Counted from the stretch's first letter, positions 18,482 through 29,098 are shown. The stretch: DNA of 64,000 nucleotides from Candidatus Geohabitans tengchongensis (GCA_031459625.1 JAVKIH010000002.1:169272-233271); one strand, 5' to 3'. The notes: a model not told the origin generated them from the letters alone. Program-made: numbers and translations.

Positions 18482-21376
18482 ATGACGACGGAGACGCTCG
18501 CCCGACGGCTGCGCGAAGCCGTCCGCGGGGAGGTGCGCTTCGACGCCTTCTCCCGCGTCCTCTACAGCACCGACGCCTCGATCTACCAGATCCTGCCCAT
18601 CGGCGTGGTCCTGCCCCGCGACGCCGACGACATCGCCGCGGCGCTGCGGGTCTGCGCCGACGCCGGCGTGCCGGTGCTCCCGCGCGGGGCCGGCACCAGC
18701 CTGGCCGGCCAGACGGTCGGGCGGGCCGTGGTGCTGGACTGCTCGCGCCACATGGACCGCATCCTGGAGGTCGACCCGGCGGAGCGGCGGGCGCGGGTCG
18801 AGCCCGGCGTCGTGCAGGACGTCCTGAACCAAGCCGTGGCCCCCTACGGCCTGCGCCTGGGCCCCGACACGGCCACGAGCAACCGGGCCACGCTCGGCGG
18901 GATGATCGGCAACAACTCCGCGGGCGCCCGCTCCATCGTCTACGGGAAGATGGTCGACCACGTCGAGCGCCTGCGCGTGCTGCTGGCCGACGGCACCGAA
19001 CTCCACCTGGGGCCGCTGGACGACGCGGCGCTGGCGGCCGTCCGCGCCCGCCCGTCCCGCGAGGGGCGGCTGGTGGACACCGTCCTGCGCCTGGTCGAGG
19101 CCCACCGCGACGAGATCGACCGCCGCTACCCCAGGCTCCTGCGGCGCGTCGCCGGCTACAACCTGCCCGAGCTGCTCCTGCGGCCCTTCAACCTGGCCCG
19201 CCTGATCGTCGGCTCCGAAGGGACACTGGGCGTCGTCACCGAGGCCACGGTGCGCCTCGTCCCCCGCCCGCGCCACACCGCCCTGGCCGTGGTCCACTTC
19301 GCCGACCTGCTGGAGGCGCTGGAGGCCACGCAGGTCATCCTGCCCCACGGCCCCTCGGCGGTGGAGCTGCTCGACCGCATGATCCTGGAGATGACCCGCG
19401 CCCAGCTGGAGTACGCCCGCCGCCTCACCTTCGTGCAGGGGGAGCCGGAGGCGCTGCTCATCGTGGAGTTCAGCGGGGAGCGCCGGGAGGAGGCGCTGGA
19501 GCGCCTCGACGCCATGACGCGCGCGCTGGCGGCGGCCCGGATGGGGTACGCGGTCGTGCCCGCCGTGGAGGCGGCCGAGCAGGACAACATCTGGCGCGTG
19601 CGCAAGGCCGGCCAGGGGCTGCTGCAGGGGGTGAAGGGCGACACCAAGCCCATCACCTTCGTCGAGGACACGGCGGTCCCGCCGGCGGTCCTGGCCCCCT
19701 ACATCCGGCGCCTGCGGGCGATCCTGGAGGCGCACGGCCTGCGCGCGGCCGTCTACGCCCACGCCAGCGTCGGCTGCCTGCACGTCCGCCCCCTCATCAA
19801 CTTGAAGGACGCGCAGCAGGTGGCCACGATGCGCGCTGTCGCCGAGGCGGTGGGGGAGCTGGTCCTGGAGTTCGGCGGGGCGATGAGCGGCGAGCACGGG
19901 GACGGGTTGGTGCGCGGCTGGTTCCTGGAGCGCTACTTCGGGCCGGTGGTCTACGACCTCTTCCGCCACATCAAGCGCGCCTTCGACCCGCAGGGGCTGA
20001 TGAACCCCGGGAAGATCGTGGACGCCCCACCCATGACCGAGGACCTGCGCTACGGCCCCGGCTACCGCACGATCGCCGTCCCCACCGTCTTCGACTGGAG
20101 CCGCGACGGGGGGTTCGCCGCCGCGGTGGAGCTGTGCAGCGGCGTGGGCGCCTGCCGCAAGACCACCGACGGCGTCATGTGCCCCTCCTACATGGCGACG
20201 CGCGAGGAGGAGCACAGCACGCGCGGGCGCGCCAACCTGCTGCGGGCGGTCCTCTCCGGGGTGCTGCCGCCCGAGGAACTCACCGGGCGCCGCCTGTACG
20301 AGGCCCTCGACCTCTGCCTGGAGTGCAAGGGGTGCAAGGCGGAGTGCCCGGCCAACGTGGACATGGCCAAGATGAAGTACGAGTTCCTGGCCCGCTACCA
20401 CGAGGCGCACGGCACGCCCCTGCGCGCCCGCCTCTTCGCCCACGTCCACACCCTGAGCCGCTGGGGCGCCGCGGCGGCCCCCCTCGCCGGGGCGCTGGCC
20501 CGCTCCACCCCGGTGCGCTGGGCGCTGGACCGGTTCCTGGGGATCGACCGGCGGCGGCCGCTGCCGCCGCTGGCCCGCCCCACCTTCGACCGCTGGTGGC
20601 ACCGGCGCAACGGGACCGCTCCGGCGCCGGACGCGCCGCGCGTGGCGCTCTTTGCCGACACCTTCACGCGCTTCACCGTGCCCGAAGTGGGGCGGGCGGC
20701 GGTGCAGGTGCTGGAGGCCCTGGGCTACCGGGTGGAGGTGCCGGCGGTGGGGTGCTGCGGGCGGCCGATGATCAGCAAGGGCCTCCTGCGGGAGGCGCGC
20801 CGCGCCGCCGAAGCCAACGTCCGCCGCCTCCTCCCCTACGCGGCCGCGGGAATCCCCATCGTCGGGCTGGAGCCCTCCTGCCTGCTCACCTTCCGCGACG
20901 AGGTGCCGGACCTGCTGCCGGGCGAGGACACGCGCACCCTGGCCGCGCACGCCGTCCTCATCGACGAGTTCTTGGCCCGCCACCTCGAGGCGTCGCCCGC
21001 GGGGCTGGGCGCGGTGGGGGACGGGCGCCGGGTACTGCTGCACCCGCACTGCCACCAGCGGGCGGCGGTGGGGACCGGGCCTGCTACGGCAGTGCTGCGG
21101 GCGGCGGGGTTCGCGGTGGACGTGGTGGACTCGGGGTGCTGCGGGATGGCCGGCGCCTTCGGGTACGAACGGGAGCACTACGCGCTCTCCATGGCCATCG
21201 CCGAACGCCGCCTGCTCCCGGCGGTGCGCGCGCTCCCCCCCGAGGTGGAGGTGGTGGCGATGGGCATCTCCTGCCGCCAGCAGATCGCCCACGGGACGGG
21301 TCGGCGGGCGAAGCACCTGGTGGAGGTGCTCGCCGGCGACGCGGGCCGCAGCGCCGTCCGGGCGGCGAGAGCCTAA
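18482..21376 (+). CDS. FAD-binding, Fe-S and CCG-domain oxidoreductase (YdiJ/D-2-hydroxyacid dehydrogenase-like)
   Basis: PRGAGTSLAGQ, GSEGTLG, SGEHGDG, CSGVGAC..CPS, CLECKGCKAECP, CCGRP, CCGMAG. Confidence 0.92.
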   Translation: MTTETLARRLREAVRGEVRFDAFSRVLYSTDASIYQILPIGVVLPRDADDIAAALRVCADAGVPVLPRGAGTSLAGQTVGRAVVLDCSRHMDRILEVDPAERRARVEPGVVQDVLNQAVAPYGLRLGPDTATSNRATLGGMIGNNSAGARSIVYGKMVDHVERLRVLLADGTELHLGPLDDAALAAVRARPSREGRLVDTVLRLVEAHRDEIDRRYPRLLRRVAGYNLPELLLRPFNLARLIVGSEGTLGVVTEATVRLVPRPRHTALAVVHFADLLEALEATQVILPHGPSAVELLDRMILEMTRAQLEYARRLTFVQGEPEALLIVEFSGERREEALERLDAMTRALAAARMGYAVVPAVEAAEQDNIWRVRKAGQGLLQGVKGDTKPITFVEDTAVPPAVLAPYIRRLRAILEAHGLRAAVYAHASVGCLHVRPLINLKDAQQVATMRAVAEAVGELVLEFGGAMSGEHGDGLVRGWFLERYFGPVVYDLFRHIKRAFDPQGLMNPGKIVDAPPMTEDLRYGPGYRTIAVPTVFDWSRDGGFAAAVELCSGVGACRKTTDGVMCPSYMATREEEHSTRGRANLLRAVLSGVLPPEELTGRRLYEALDLCLECKGCKAECPANVDMAKMKYEFLARYHEAHGTPLRARLFAHVHTLSRWGAAAAPLAGALARSTPVRWALDRFLGIDRRRPLPPLARPTFDRWWHRRNGTAPAPDAPRVALFADTFTRFTVPEVGRAAVQVLEALGYRVEVPAVGCCGRPMISKGLLREARRAAEANVRRLLPYAAAGIPIVGLEPSCLLTFRDEVPDLLPGEDTRTLAAHAVLIDEFLARHLEASPAGLGAVGDGRRVLLHPHCHQRAAVGTGPATAVLRAAGFAVDVVDSGCCGMAGAFGYEREHYALSMAIAERRLLPAVRALPPEVEVVAMGISCRQQIAHGTGRRAKHLVEVLAGDAGRSAVRAARA

Positions 21377-21517
21377 GGGTCCGGAGCGGTCCCCGCTCGA
21401 TCTCCAACCCGCAACGCGTGTAGCGCGGACGACACCGCGGAGTCGGCCAACCCGCCGCGCGGCGCCTCTTGCGCGCGGCGGGGGTCGAGGCCGGCGGCCT
21501 CGGCCGGCACGAGCGCC

Positions 21518-22291
21518 TCAGCCAACGCGCCGCGCTCCCCGGCCCGCGCGGGCGCCCGCCGGCTCGCCCGCGCGCACCAGCGCGGCGAAGCGGCGGGCGT
21601 CCTCCCACATGGCCACGTTGTTGAAGAGGACGTACGTCTCGCCGCGGCAGCGGGCGCGCAGGAGGGCCAGGTCGTCGTCGGTGTAGCGGTAGCGGTACCC
21701 GCCGCGCCCGTGCAACCGGTAGTAGCGCGGCCGACCGGCGACCGGCGACGCGACGAACGGGTCCACGGCGTGGATCAGGTCCAGCTCGCGGCACAGCGCG
21801 CGCACGAGGGTAGCCGGCCACGCACCGCGGGGCTCCCAGGCGAAGCGCAGGCCGTCCCGGTCGACCCGCGCGAAGAAGCGGCGCAGCCGCTCGACGTTGC
21901 CGTCGGAGGGGAGGAAGCTGGCCGGGCACTGGAAGAGGACCAGGCGGGCGCGCAGTACCCGGGCGATCTCCCGCGTCGCCTCCCAGGCCTGGGCCACCTC
22001 CTCGGTGGGGGCGAAGCTGCCGTAGCGGTCGTGGTGCGCCTCGGGGATGGCGCGGCCGAGGCGACGGTAGGTCGGGCTGGTGGGCGGGTGGGTGATGAGC
22101 TGCCAGGCCTTCAGGGTGAACTCGAAGGACTCCGGGACGCGCGCGCGCCACCGCGCCGCCGTGGCCGGGCGCGGCGGGCGGTAGAAGGTCTGCTGCACTT
22201 CCACCACCGGCATCTCACGGGCATAGAGGTCGAGCCGGCGGGGGAACCCGCAGCAGCCGACGCGGATGGCCTCGGGGCGTTGCACGGGCAT
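21518..22291 (-). CDS. DUF72 domain protein
   Basis: VGCCGF, VEVQQTFY, FTLKA, LFQCPASF, WEPR, YRLHG, YVLFNN. Confidence 0.92.
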   Translation of the reverse strand: MPVQRPEAIRVGCCGFPRRLDLYAREMPVVEVQQTFYRPPRPATAARWRARVPESFEFTLKAWQLITHPPTSPTYRRLGRAIPEAHHDRYGSFAPTEEVAQAWEATREIARVLRARLVLFQCPASFLPSDGNVERLRRFFARVDRDGLRFAWEPRGAWPATLVRALCRELDLIHAVDPFVASPVAGRPRYYRLHGRGGYRYRYTDDDLALLRARCRGETYVLFNNVAMWEDARRFAALVRAGEPAGARAGRGARRVG

Positions 22292-22330
22292 GCGCTCGCG
22301 GCCCCCCTTCGCCGCGAGGGCGCAGGGCTC

Positions 22331-23083
22331 CTACGGACCGCCCCTCCCGGCGCGGCGGCGCCGCAGCACGCCGCGCACCGCCTCCAGGCTCACGCCGCGC
22401 TCGACCAGCAGCACCAGGGTGTGGTAGAGGAGGTCGGCCGCCTCCTCGGCCACCCGCTCATCGCGCTCGGCGACGGCCGCGCGCACGAGTTCTCCGGCCT
22501 CCTCACGGACCTTCGCCCCGATGCGCGCGCGCCCGGCTCGCAGGAGGGCGGTGGTGTAGGACCCTGCGGGCAGCTCGGCACGGCGGCGGACGAGCAGCGC
22601 AAAGAGCTCGTCCAGGATGTCGGGCGCCGCTCCCCCGGGTGTCGCCGGCGGGAGGAGGGTCGAACCATCGGGAGCGCGGAAGAAGCAGGAAGGCTCGCCG
22701 GTGTGGCAGGCGGGGCCGGTCTGGTCCACCAGCAGCAGCAGAGCGTCGCCGTCGCAGTCCACCCGCACCTCGCGCACCGTCTGGGTGTGGCCGGAGGTCT
22801 CGCCCTTGCGCCACAGCGCCGCTCGGCGGCGGCTCCAGTACCAGGCCTGCCCGGTGGCCAGCGTGCGCGCCAGCGCCTCGGCGTTCATCCACGCCACCAT
22901 GAGGATCCGACCGGTGCGCGCCTCCTGCGCGACGACCGGCAGAAGACCGTCCGGGCCGAACTGCACGGCGCGCGTCCGCGCGTCCTCCGCAGCCCGCGCG
23001 TCCTCGGCAGGCCGCCCATCCTCGACCGACCGCACCGGCATGGGGTCGGGCTGCGGCCTGCCGGCGGCGTCCGTCCCGCTCAT
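22331..23083 (-). CDS. hisIE: Bifunctional PRAMP cyclohydrolase / PRATP pyrophosphatase
   Basis: [46 protein letters not shown]. Confidence 0.95.
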   Translation of the reverse strand: MSGTDAAGRPQPDPMPVRSVEDGRPAEDARAAEDARTRAVQFGPDGLLPVVAQEARTGRILMVAWMNAEALARTLATGQAWYWSRRRAALWRKGETSGHTQTVREVRVDCDGDALLLLVDQTGPACHTGEPSCFFRAPDGSTLLPPATPGGAAPDILDELFALLVRRRAELPAGSYTTALLRAGRARIGAKVREEAGELVRAAVAERDERVAEEAADLLYHTLVLLVERGVSLEAVRGVLRRRRAGRGGP

Positions 23084-23868
23084 GGGATCGGTCCTCCCAC
23101 CGGCGTCTCCCGGCGCACCGCCACGCCCCGCGCCTCCAGGTAGCGCTTCACCTCGTCGATGCGCACCGCCCCCGTGTGGAAGATGGACGCGGCCAGGGCG
23201 GCATCGGCCTTGCCCGCGGTGAGGACGGCGTGGACGTGCTCCGGGGTCCCCGCCCCGCCCGAGGCGATGACCGGGATCGCCACGGCCTCGGCGACGGCGC
23301 GCGTGAGCGCCAGGTCGTAGCCCTCCTGGGTGCCGTCGCGGTCGATGCTCGTCAGCAGGATCTCCCCGGCGCCCCGCGCGGCCACCTCCTGCGCCCACGC
23401 CACCGCGTCCCGCCCGGTGGGGCGGCGGCCGCCGTGGGTGTAGACCTCCCACCCGTCGCCGGCGGCGCGCCGCTTCGCGTCGATGGCCACGACCACGCAC
23501 TGGCTGCCGAAGCGGTCGGCCGCCTCCTCGACCAGCGCCGGGTCGGCCACCGCCGCCGTGTTGACCGCCACCTTGTCCGCGCCCGCCCGCAGGAGCCGCC
23601 GCACGTCCTCCACCGAGCGCACCCCGCCGCCGACGGTCAGCGGGATGGTGAGACGGGCCGCGGCCGCCCGCACCGCCGCCTCGAGCGTCTCCCGGCCCTC
23701 CACGGAGGCCGTGATGTCGAGGAAGACCACCTCGTCCGCGCCCTCCCGGTCGTAGAGCGCGGCCAGCTCGGCGGGGTCGCCGGCGTCACGCAGGTTCACG
23801 AAGCGGACACCCTTCACCACCCGGCCGGCATCCACGTCCAGGCAGGGGATGATGCGCGCGGCTACCAT
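23080..23868 (-). CDS. hisF: Imidazole glycerol phosphate synthase cyclase subunit
   Basis: [40 protein letters not shown]. Confidence 0.97.
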   Translation of the reverse strand: MVAARIIPCLDVDAGRVVKGVRFVNLRDAGDPAELAALYDREGADEVVFLDITASVEGRETLEAAVRAAAARLTIPLTVGGGVRSVEDVRRLLRAGADKVAVNTAAVADPALVEEAADRFGSQCVVVAIDAKRRAAGDGWEVYTHGGRRPTGRDAVAWAQEVAARGAGEILLTSIDRDGTQEGYDLALTRAVAEAVAIPVIASGGAGTPEHVHAVLTAGKADAALAASIFHTGAVRIDEVKRYLEARGVAVRRETPVGGPIP

Positions 23869-24608
23869 GCGCCTCCTCCCGTGGCCGTTCCCGTTCCGAC
23901 AGCCATCAGGTCAACCCGTCCCTCGTACAGCGCCCGGCCCACGATGGCCCCGGCCGCGCCCGCCTCCGCCAGCGCCGCCAGGTCCTCGGGGCGGCCCACG
24001 CCCCCGGCCGCCAGGACGGGGACCTGCACAGCCCGGCAGAAGGCCCGGACCGCCTCCACGTCCGGTCCTGTCAGCGTCCCGTCCCTGCTCACCGCCGTGT
24101 AGATGAAGCGCCGGATCCCCGCGTCGACCAGCCGCCGGGCCAGGTCGAGCGGGGCGTCCCCGGCCGCCCTCCACCCGTCCACCATCGCCCGCCCGCCCCG
24201 CACGTCCAGGGCCGCAGCGACCCGCTCGCCGAACCGCCCCGTCGCCGCAGGGGCCAGGGCCAGGGCGGCGGTGCCGAGCACCACGCGGGCCACGCCGGCA
24301 GCGAGCAGCCGCTCGACGTCCTCGAGCGTGCGCACGCCGCCGCCGGCCTGCACCGGCACGGGGACCGCCCGGGCGATCGCCTCGATGAGGTCGCGGTGCA
24401 CGGGACGGCCGGCGAAGGCGCCATCGAGGTCCACCACGTGCAGCCAGGGAGCGCCCCGCTGTGCCCAGGTCCGCGCCACCGCCACCGGGTCGCCACTGTA
24501 GACGCGCTCGCGGGCGGGATCCCCCTGGACGAGGCGGACGCAGCGGCCGGCGCGCAGGTCCACCGCCGGGATCACCGCGAACGTGCGGAGCGGCGCGGGG
24601 AGCGTCAT
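23862..24608 (-). CDS. hisA: ProFAR isomerase
   Basis: [48 protein letters not shown]. Confidence 0.96.
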   Translation of the reverse strand: MTLPAPLRTFAVIPAVDLRAGRCVRLVQGDPARERVYSGDPVAVARTWAQRGAPWLHVVDLDGAFAGRPVHRDLIEAIARAVPVPVQAGGGVRTLEDVERLLAAGVARVVLGTAALALAPAATGRFGERVAAALDVRGGRAMVDGWRAAGDAPLDLARRLVDAGIRRFIYTAVSRDGTLTGPDVEAVRAFCRAVQVPVLAAGGVGRPEDLAALAEAGAAGAIVGRALYEGRVDLMAVGTGTATGGGAW

Positions 24609-25294
24609 GGCACGGGCGCCGGATGGCGGGGCTCGCCGCCCAGCCGGCCCGCAGCGGCCAGGCGGACGATCCCTTCCAGCAGGCGGCGGCCGGTCGCCCC
24701 GCTCTTCTCCGGGTGGAACTGCACCCCGAGGAGCGCTCCACGGCCCACCACTGCCGCCACGGGGCCGCCGTAGTCGGTGACGGCCAGGACATCCTCCGTG
24801 CGGCCCGGGCGCACGACGTAGCTGTGGACGAAGTAGGCCCACGCGCCCTCGAGGCCGTCCAGCACCGGGTGCGCGGCCGTGCAGCGCAGGCGGTTCCAGC
24901 CCATGTGCGGGACCTTCAGCTCCGCCGGCAGCCGGACCACCTCGCCGGGGAGCAGCCCCAGCCCCTCCGCCCCGCCGCCTTCGCCGCTGCGCTCGAAGAG
25001 CAGCTGCATCCCCAGGCAGACGCCCAGCAGCGGGGTGCCCCGTCGCACCTCCTCCACCAGCCAGGCCGGAAACCCGGCGGCGGCCAGACGGGCCATGGCC
25101 GGCGGGAAGGCGCCCACACCGGGCAGCACCAGCAACGCCCACGGACCGGCTTCCGGCGCGGGCGCGGGCAACACCGTCACCGCCGCACCCGCGCGGGTGA
25201 GCGCGCCCACCAGGCTGAAGAGGTTGCCGGCCCCGTAGTCGATCACGCCGACGCGCGGGGCCTGCGGCACGGACGGGGCGCCCGGAGCGCTCAC
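24605..25294 (-). CDS. hisH: IGP synthase glutamine amidotransferase subunit
   Basis: IDYGAGNL, LPGVGAF, GVCLGMQ, PHMGWN, YFVHSY, QFHPEKS. Confidence 0.97.
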   Translation of the reverse strand: MSAPGAPSVPQAPRVGVIDYGAGNLFSLVGALTRAGAAVTVLPAPAPEAGPWALLVLPGVGAFPPAMARLAAAGFPAWLVEEVRRGTPLLGVCLGMQLLFERSGEGGGAEGLGLLPGEVVRLPAELKVPHMGWNRLRCTAAHPVLDGLEGAWAYFVHSYVVRPGRTEDVLAVTDYGGPVAAVVGRGALLGVQFHPEKSGATGRRLLEGIVRLAAAGRLGGEPRHPAPVP

Positions 25295-25917
25295 AGCACG
25301 CCCTTCGTCGAGGGGATGGCCTCGCCGCGCACCCGGGTAGCCCGTCCCAGGACGATCCCCGTCCCCTTGAAGGCCGCCTCCAGCACGTGGTGCGCGTTCT
25401 CGCCGTGCCACTGCACCAGGTGGAGCGTGACCGCGGCGTGCGTGGTGAAGGCACGGAAGAACTCCCGCGCGAGGTCGGTGGGGAACGTGCCGAGGAGCTG
25501 CGGCGGCACGGTCAGCCCGTAGTGCAGGTAGGGGCGGCCGCCCACGTCGACGGCGGCCAGCACGAGCGCGTCGTCCATGGGCACGTGCTGCGAGGCGAAG
25601 CGCACGATCCCCTGCCCGCTGCCGACGGCCTCGCGCAGGGCCTGGCCCAGCACGATCCCCGTGTCCTCGACGGTGTGGTGGGGGTCGACCGCCAGGTCGC
25701 CCCGCGCGTGGACCTCCAGGTCGAAGCCGCTGTGCCGGGCCAGGGCGGTGAGCATGTGGTCGAGGAAGGGCACCCCGGTCGCCACCACGCTCTCGCCGGC
25801 ACCGTCCAGGGTGAGCGCCACGGTCACCGCCGTCTCGGCGGTGCGGCGCTCCACGCGCGCCAACCGCAGGGCGCGCTCCCCGCCGCCCGCTGCCGACGCG
25901 CGCGCCCCCGGCGGCAT
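25291..25917 (-). CDS. hisB: Imidazoleglycerol-phosphate dehydratase
   Basis: FLDHML, DPHHTVED, PMDDAL, NAHHVLEA.FK, PSTKGVL. Confidence 0.97.
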   Translation of the reverse strand: MPPGARASAAGGGERALRLARVERRTAETAVTVALTLDGAGESVVATGVPFLDHMLTALARHSGFDLEVHARGDLAVDPHHTVEDTGIVLGQALREAVGSGQGIVRFASQHVPMDDALVLAAVDVGGRPYLHYGLTVPPQLLGTFPTDLAREFFRAFTTHAAVTLHLVQWHGENAHHVLEAAFKGTGIVLGRATRVRGEAIPSTKGVL

Positions 25918-27068
25918 CAGGCGCCCTCCCCCAGCACGCGCCGCAGGGCGGCGACGAACCGGTCGTCCTCCCCCGGCTGCCCCACGCTCACCCGCAGGCA
26001 GCCGGCCAGCGCCGGCCAGGCGGAGACGTCGCGCACCAGCACCCCGTGCGCCAGGAGGCGCGCCGCCACCTCGGGCGCGGGCAGCGGCGTGCGAAAGAGG
26101 AGGAAGTTGGCGTCGGAGGGGAAGACGGTGACACCCGGCACCTCTCGGAGCGCACCGGCCAGCCGCTCCCGCTCCGCCACCACCGTCCGCACCCGCTCGG
26201 CCACGAGGTCGGGGCGTTCCGCCGCGGCCCGGGCCGCCTCCAGCGAGAAGACGTTCAGCGTGTAGGGTGGCAACGCCCGGCGCACCGCGCCGATGACCTC
26301 CGGGTCGGCGACGATCCAGCCGATCCGTGCGCCGGCGAGCGCCAACGCCTTCGACGCGGTACGCAGCAGGGCGACGTGCGGGTACCGGTCTAGCAGCGGC
26401 CGGTGCGTGCGCCCGGCGAAGGCGGCATAAGCCTCGTCGACCACCACGAGCCCGGGGGCGCCGCGCACGACCGCCTCCACGGCCTCGGGGGAGAAGGCGT
26501 TCCCGGTAGGGTTGTTGGGCGAGGTGAGGAAGACCACGGGCGCGGTCTCGCCCGAACCCGCCCCATCCGCTGCCGGTTCGCCCGCTGCCGTCTGGCGCGC
26601 GGTTGCGTGGCGCGCGGCCGCCAGCACCGCCCCGGGGTCGAGCGCGAAGTTAGGGCGCAGCGGCACCTCGACCAGACGCGCGCCGGCGCTCGCCGCCAGC
26701 GCCCGGACCATCGAGTACCCGGGCACCGGGAAGACCACGGCACCGCCGGCGGCGAAGGCCAGCAGCACTCCCAGGATGGCCTCGTTGGAGCCGTTCGTCG
26801 CCAGCATCATCTCCGGGTCGACGCCCTCCAGGCGGGCCAGCGCCGCGCGCACCTCCGCCGCGTCGGCCTCCGGGTAGCGGTGCCACGCCCGGGCGGCCAC
26901 GCGCTCCAGGACGACGCGCTTGAGGTCGGCCGGCCAGTCGGCCGGGCTCTCGTTCCGGTTGAGCCGCACCGGCGCGTGCTGCGCGACCCGGTACAGGGGC
27001 AGCGCGGCCACTTCCGGGCGGGGCCGGGCGCGCTGCGGGATCGGGCGGACGCCGGGGCGCGGCATCAC
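25917..27068 (-). CDS. hisC: Histidinol-phosphate aminotransferase
   Basis: LNRNESP, RYP, NGSNE, SPNNPTG, VDEAY, RTASKA..LAGARIG. Confidence 0.95.
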   Translation of the reverse strand: MMPRPGVRPIPQRARPRPEVAALPLYRVAQHAPVRLNRNESPADWPADLKRVVLERVAARAWHRYPEADAAEVRAALARLEGVDPEMMLATNGSNEAILGVLLAFAAGGAVVFPVPGYSMVRALAASAGARLVEVPLRPNFALDPGAVLAAARHATARQTAAGEPAADGAGSGETAPVVFLTSPNNPTGNAFSPEAVEAVVRGAPGLVVVDEAYAAFAGRTHRPLLDRYPHVALLRTASKALALAGARIGWIVADPEVIGAVRRALPPYTLNVFSLEAARAAAERPDLVAERVRTVVAERERLAGALREVPGVTVFPSDANFLLFRTPLPAPEVAARLLAHGVLVRDVSAWPALAGCLRVSVGQPGEDDRFVAALRRVLGEGA

Positions 27069-27090
27069 GCGGGGCTCACGAACGGCCGAT

Positions 27091-27720
27091 TCATGTGGCC
27101 TGCACCGCAGGCGCCACCGCCTCGAGCAGCGCCCGCACGCCCGGCGCCTTGAGCCGCAGGCTCACCCGGTTTACCACCAACCGGGCGGTGGAGCGGAAGA
27201 CCTCGGCCACCTCGACCAGGCGGTTCGCCCGCAGCGTGCGACCGGTCATCACCAGGTCGACGATGGCGTCCGCCAGGCCCACCTGCGGGGCCAGCTCCAG
27301 CGCCCCGTGCAGGACGATGACCTCCACCGGACGGCGGGCCTGCTCGAAGAACCGCGCCGTCACGCGCGGGTAGCGGGTGGCCACGCGCAGCGGGGCCGAG
27401 CCGGCGAGCAGCGCCTCCCGGCCGGCCGGCACCGCCACCACAGCCCGGCAGGCGCCGAACCCCAGGTCGGCCAGCTCGTAGACGTCGGCCTCCTGCTCGA
27501 GGAGCAGGTCCTGGCCGACGATGCCCGCGTCGGCCGCGCCGTGCTCCACGTACGTGAGGATGTCGAGCGGCTTGGCCACGAGGATGCGCCCGCCCTCCGG
27601 CCCCGGCAGGACGAGGGCGCGCTCGGGCGGCGGGGCGTCGAGCAGCCGGAGCCGCTGCAGCAGCGCCACGGCCTCGGGGAAGAGGCGGCCGGTGGGGACG
27701 GCCAGCGTCAGTGGCTCCAC
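27091..27720 (-). CDS. hisG: ATP phosphoribosyltransferase, short form
   Basis: LAVPTGRL, ADAGIVGQD, VATRYP, LHGALELAP, IVDLVMTGRTLRAN.L; no C-terminal regulatory domain. Confidence 0.95.
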   Translation of the reverse strand: MEPLTLAVPTGRLFPEAVALLQRLRLLDAPPPERALVLPGPEGGRILVAKPLDILTYVEHGAADAGIVGQDLLLEQEADVYELADLGFGACRAVVAVPAGREALLAGSAPLRVATRYPRVTARFFEQARRPVEVIVLHGALELAPQVGLADAIVDLVMTGRTLRANRLVEVAEVFRSTARLVVNRVSLRLKAPGVRALLEAVAPAVQAT

Positions 27721-29015
27721 GCTCCCACCTCCGGACCCCCGGCCACCTGGTGGGCGTCCGCGGCGGCCACCACGTCGGCGGCCCCTGCCACCGGCACGCG
27801 CCGCTCGACGGTGGGACCGTCGCCGCGGAGCCGGCGCACGCGAGCACCGTCGCCGTCCACCCACATCACCCAGCGCGCGCCTTCGCGCCCGGCCCGGTCC
27901 AGGGTCTTCTCCCAGGAGCGGCCCGGCTCGGCGATGACGGCGGCCCCGGCCTCGCGCAGGCCGCGGGCCAGGCGCAACGCGGAGGCGCGCGCCGTCGGTT
28001 CCGCCCAGGCGATGAGGACGTCCAGCTCCTCCTCGCCGTCCGCGACGAGGGCCACCACGCGGTCGACGCCCAGGGCGAACCCCGTCGCCGGGGCAGGGGT
28101 CCCGAAGGCGGCCAGGAGGCCATCGTACCGCCCGCCGCCGAGCAGCGGGTAGCCCGAGCCGGCCCCGTAGCCCTCGAAGACGACGCCGGTGTAGTAGCTG
28201 AAGTCCCGGATGATGCTGAGGTCGACCGCCGCCGCCTCGCCCACACCGTGCTCCTCCAGCCGGCCCAGCAGCGCCTCGAGCCCCGCGAGCGCGGCCTCCC
28301 CGCGTTCCGTGCGCACCACCGCCCGCGCCGCCGCCAGGGCGTCACCCCCCTGCAGCAGCGGCAGCTCGCGAAGGAACGCGCCGAGGTGCCGGTCGGGGAC
28401 CGTCGTCTCGATGCCGGCGAACTGCTTGCGGTAGAGACGGGCCACGAGCGCGTCCCGCGTCTCCGGGGGCAGCGCGCCCAGGGCGTCGTCCAGGAAGCCG
28501 ATGTGGCCCACCGTCACGACCGGCCGGGCGATGCCGGCGCGCCGCAGCGCCTCCACGGCCAGCGCGATCACCTCGGCGTCCGCGTCTACGCCGTCCTCGC
28601 CCAGGCGCTCGACCCCGGCCTGCGTGAACTCCCGCAGCCGCCCCCGCCCCTCCTCCTGCTCCCGGTAGACCGGCGCCACGTAGGCCAGGCGCAGCGGCCC
28701 GGCGGCATCCGGCAGGAGACGGGTGGCGGCCAGCCGGGCGATGGAGACGGTCAGGTCGGGGCGCAGGGCCAGCAGCTCCCCCCGCCGGCCGACCACCTTG
28801 AAGAGGCGGTCCTGGATCCCGGGCCCGCCGCCGTGGACGAGCGTCTCCAGGTACTCCAGCGCGGGGGTGAGGACCTCGCGGTAGCCCCAGGCGCGGAAGG
28901 TGCCCCGCAGGCGGCCGACCACCCGCAGGTGGCGGGCCGCCTCGGCGGGGGCCAGGTCGCGCAGGCCGCGGGGCAGCGCGGCCCAGCGCTGGCGGGGGCC
29001 GGTGCGCAGGCGCAG
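27708..29015 (-). CDS. hisZ: ATP phosphoribosyltransferase regulatory subunit (probable CTG start)
   Basis: LPRGLRDL, TPALEY, LRPDLTVSIAR, EFTQAGVE, SYYTG, GGGRYDGL; the conserved N-terminus lies upstream of the first canonical start (28922). Confidence 0.9.
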   Translation of the reverse strand: MRLRTGPRQRWAALPRGLRDLAPAEAARHLRVVGRLRGTFRAWGYREVLTPALEYLETLVHGGGPGIQDRLFKVVGRRGELLALRPDLTVSIARLAATRLLPDAAGPLRLAYVAPVYREQEEGRGRLREFTQAGVERLGEDGVDADAEVIALAVEALRRAGIARPVVTVGHIGFLDDALGALPPETRDALVARLYRKQFAGIETTVPDRHLGAFLRELPLLQGGDALAAARAVVRTERGEAALAGLEALLGRLEEHGVGEAAAVDLSIIRDFSYYTGVVFEGYGAGSGYPLLGGGRYDGLLAAFGTPAPATGFALGVDRVVALVADGEEELDVLIAWAEPTARASALRLARGLREAGAAVIAEPGRSWEKTLDRAGREGARWVMWVDGDGARVRRLRGDGPTVERRVPVAGAADVVAAADAHQVAGGPEVGAWSH

Positions 29016-29028
29016 CGAGACTTCACTC

Positions 29029-29098
29029 CTTTAGCAAGTTAAATTGCTACCGAAGCAAACTGCCGTTGAGGATACCCCGGCGGTGGCCGGCACGTCAA
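29029..29098 (-). promoter_or_regulatory. his operon promoter and palindromic operator
   Basis: TTGACG (29093-29098)-N18-TATCCT (29069-29074); AT-rich palindrome TAGCAA-N6-TTGCTA (29032-29049) next to the AAGGAG SD. Confidence 0.7.

Noticed and set aside
17177..21423. Giant ORFs of 1379, 1328 and 1009 aa
   Set aside because: Only 17177-18406 (-) and 18482-21376 (+) carry family motifs; the rest is stop-poor antisense or shifted frame typical of high GC
28751..29026. 91-codon ORF overlapping hisZ as a leader peptide
   Set aside because: Its GTG lies within the SD itself, it has no His run, and it reads as a shadow frame
29031..29049. TTAGCA...TGCTA as a CIRCE (HrcA) element
   Set aside because: Arms and spacing do not fit TTAGCACTC-N9-GAGTGCTAA, and the context is his biosynthesis
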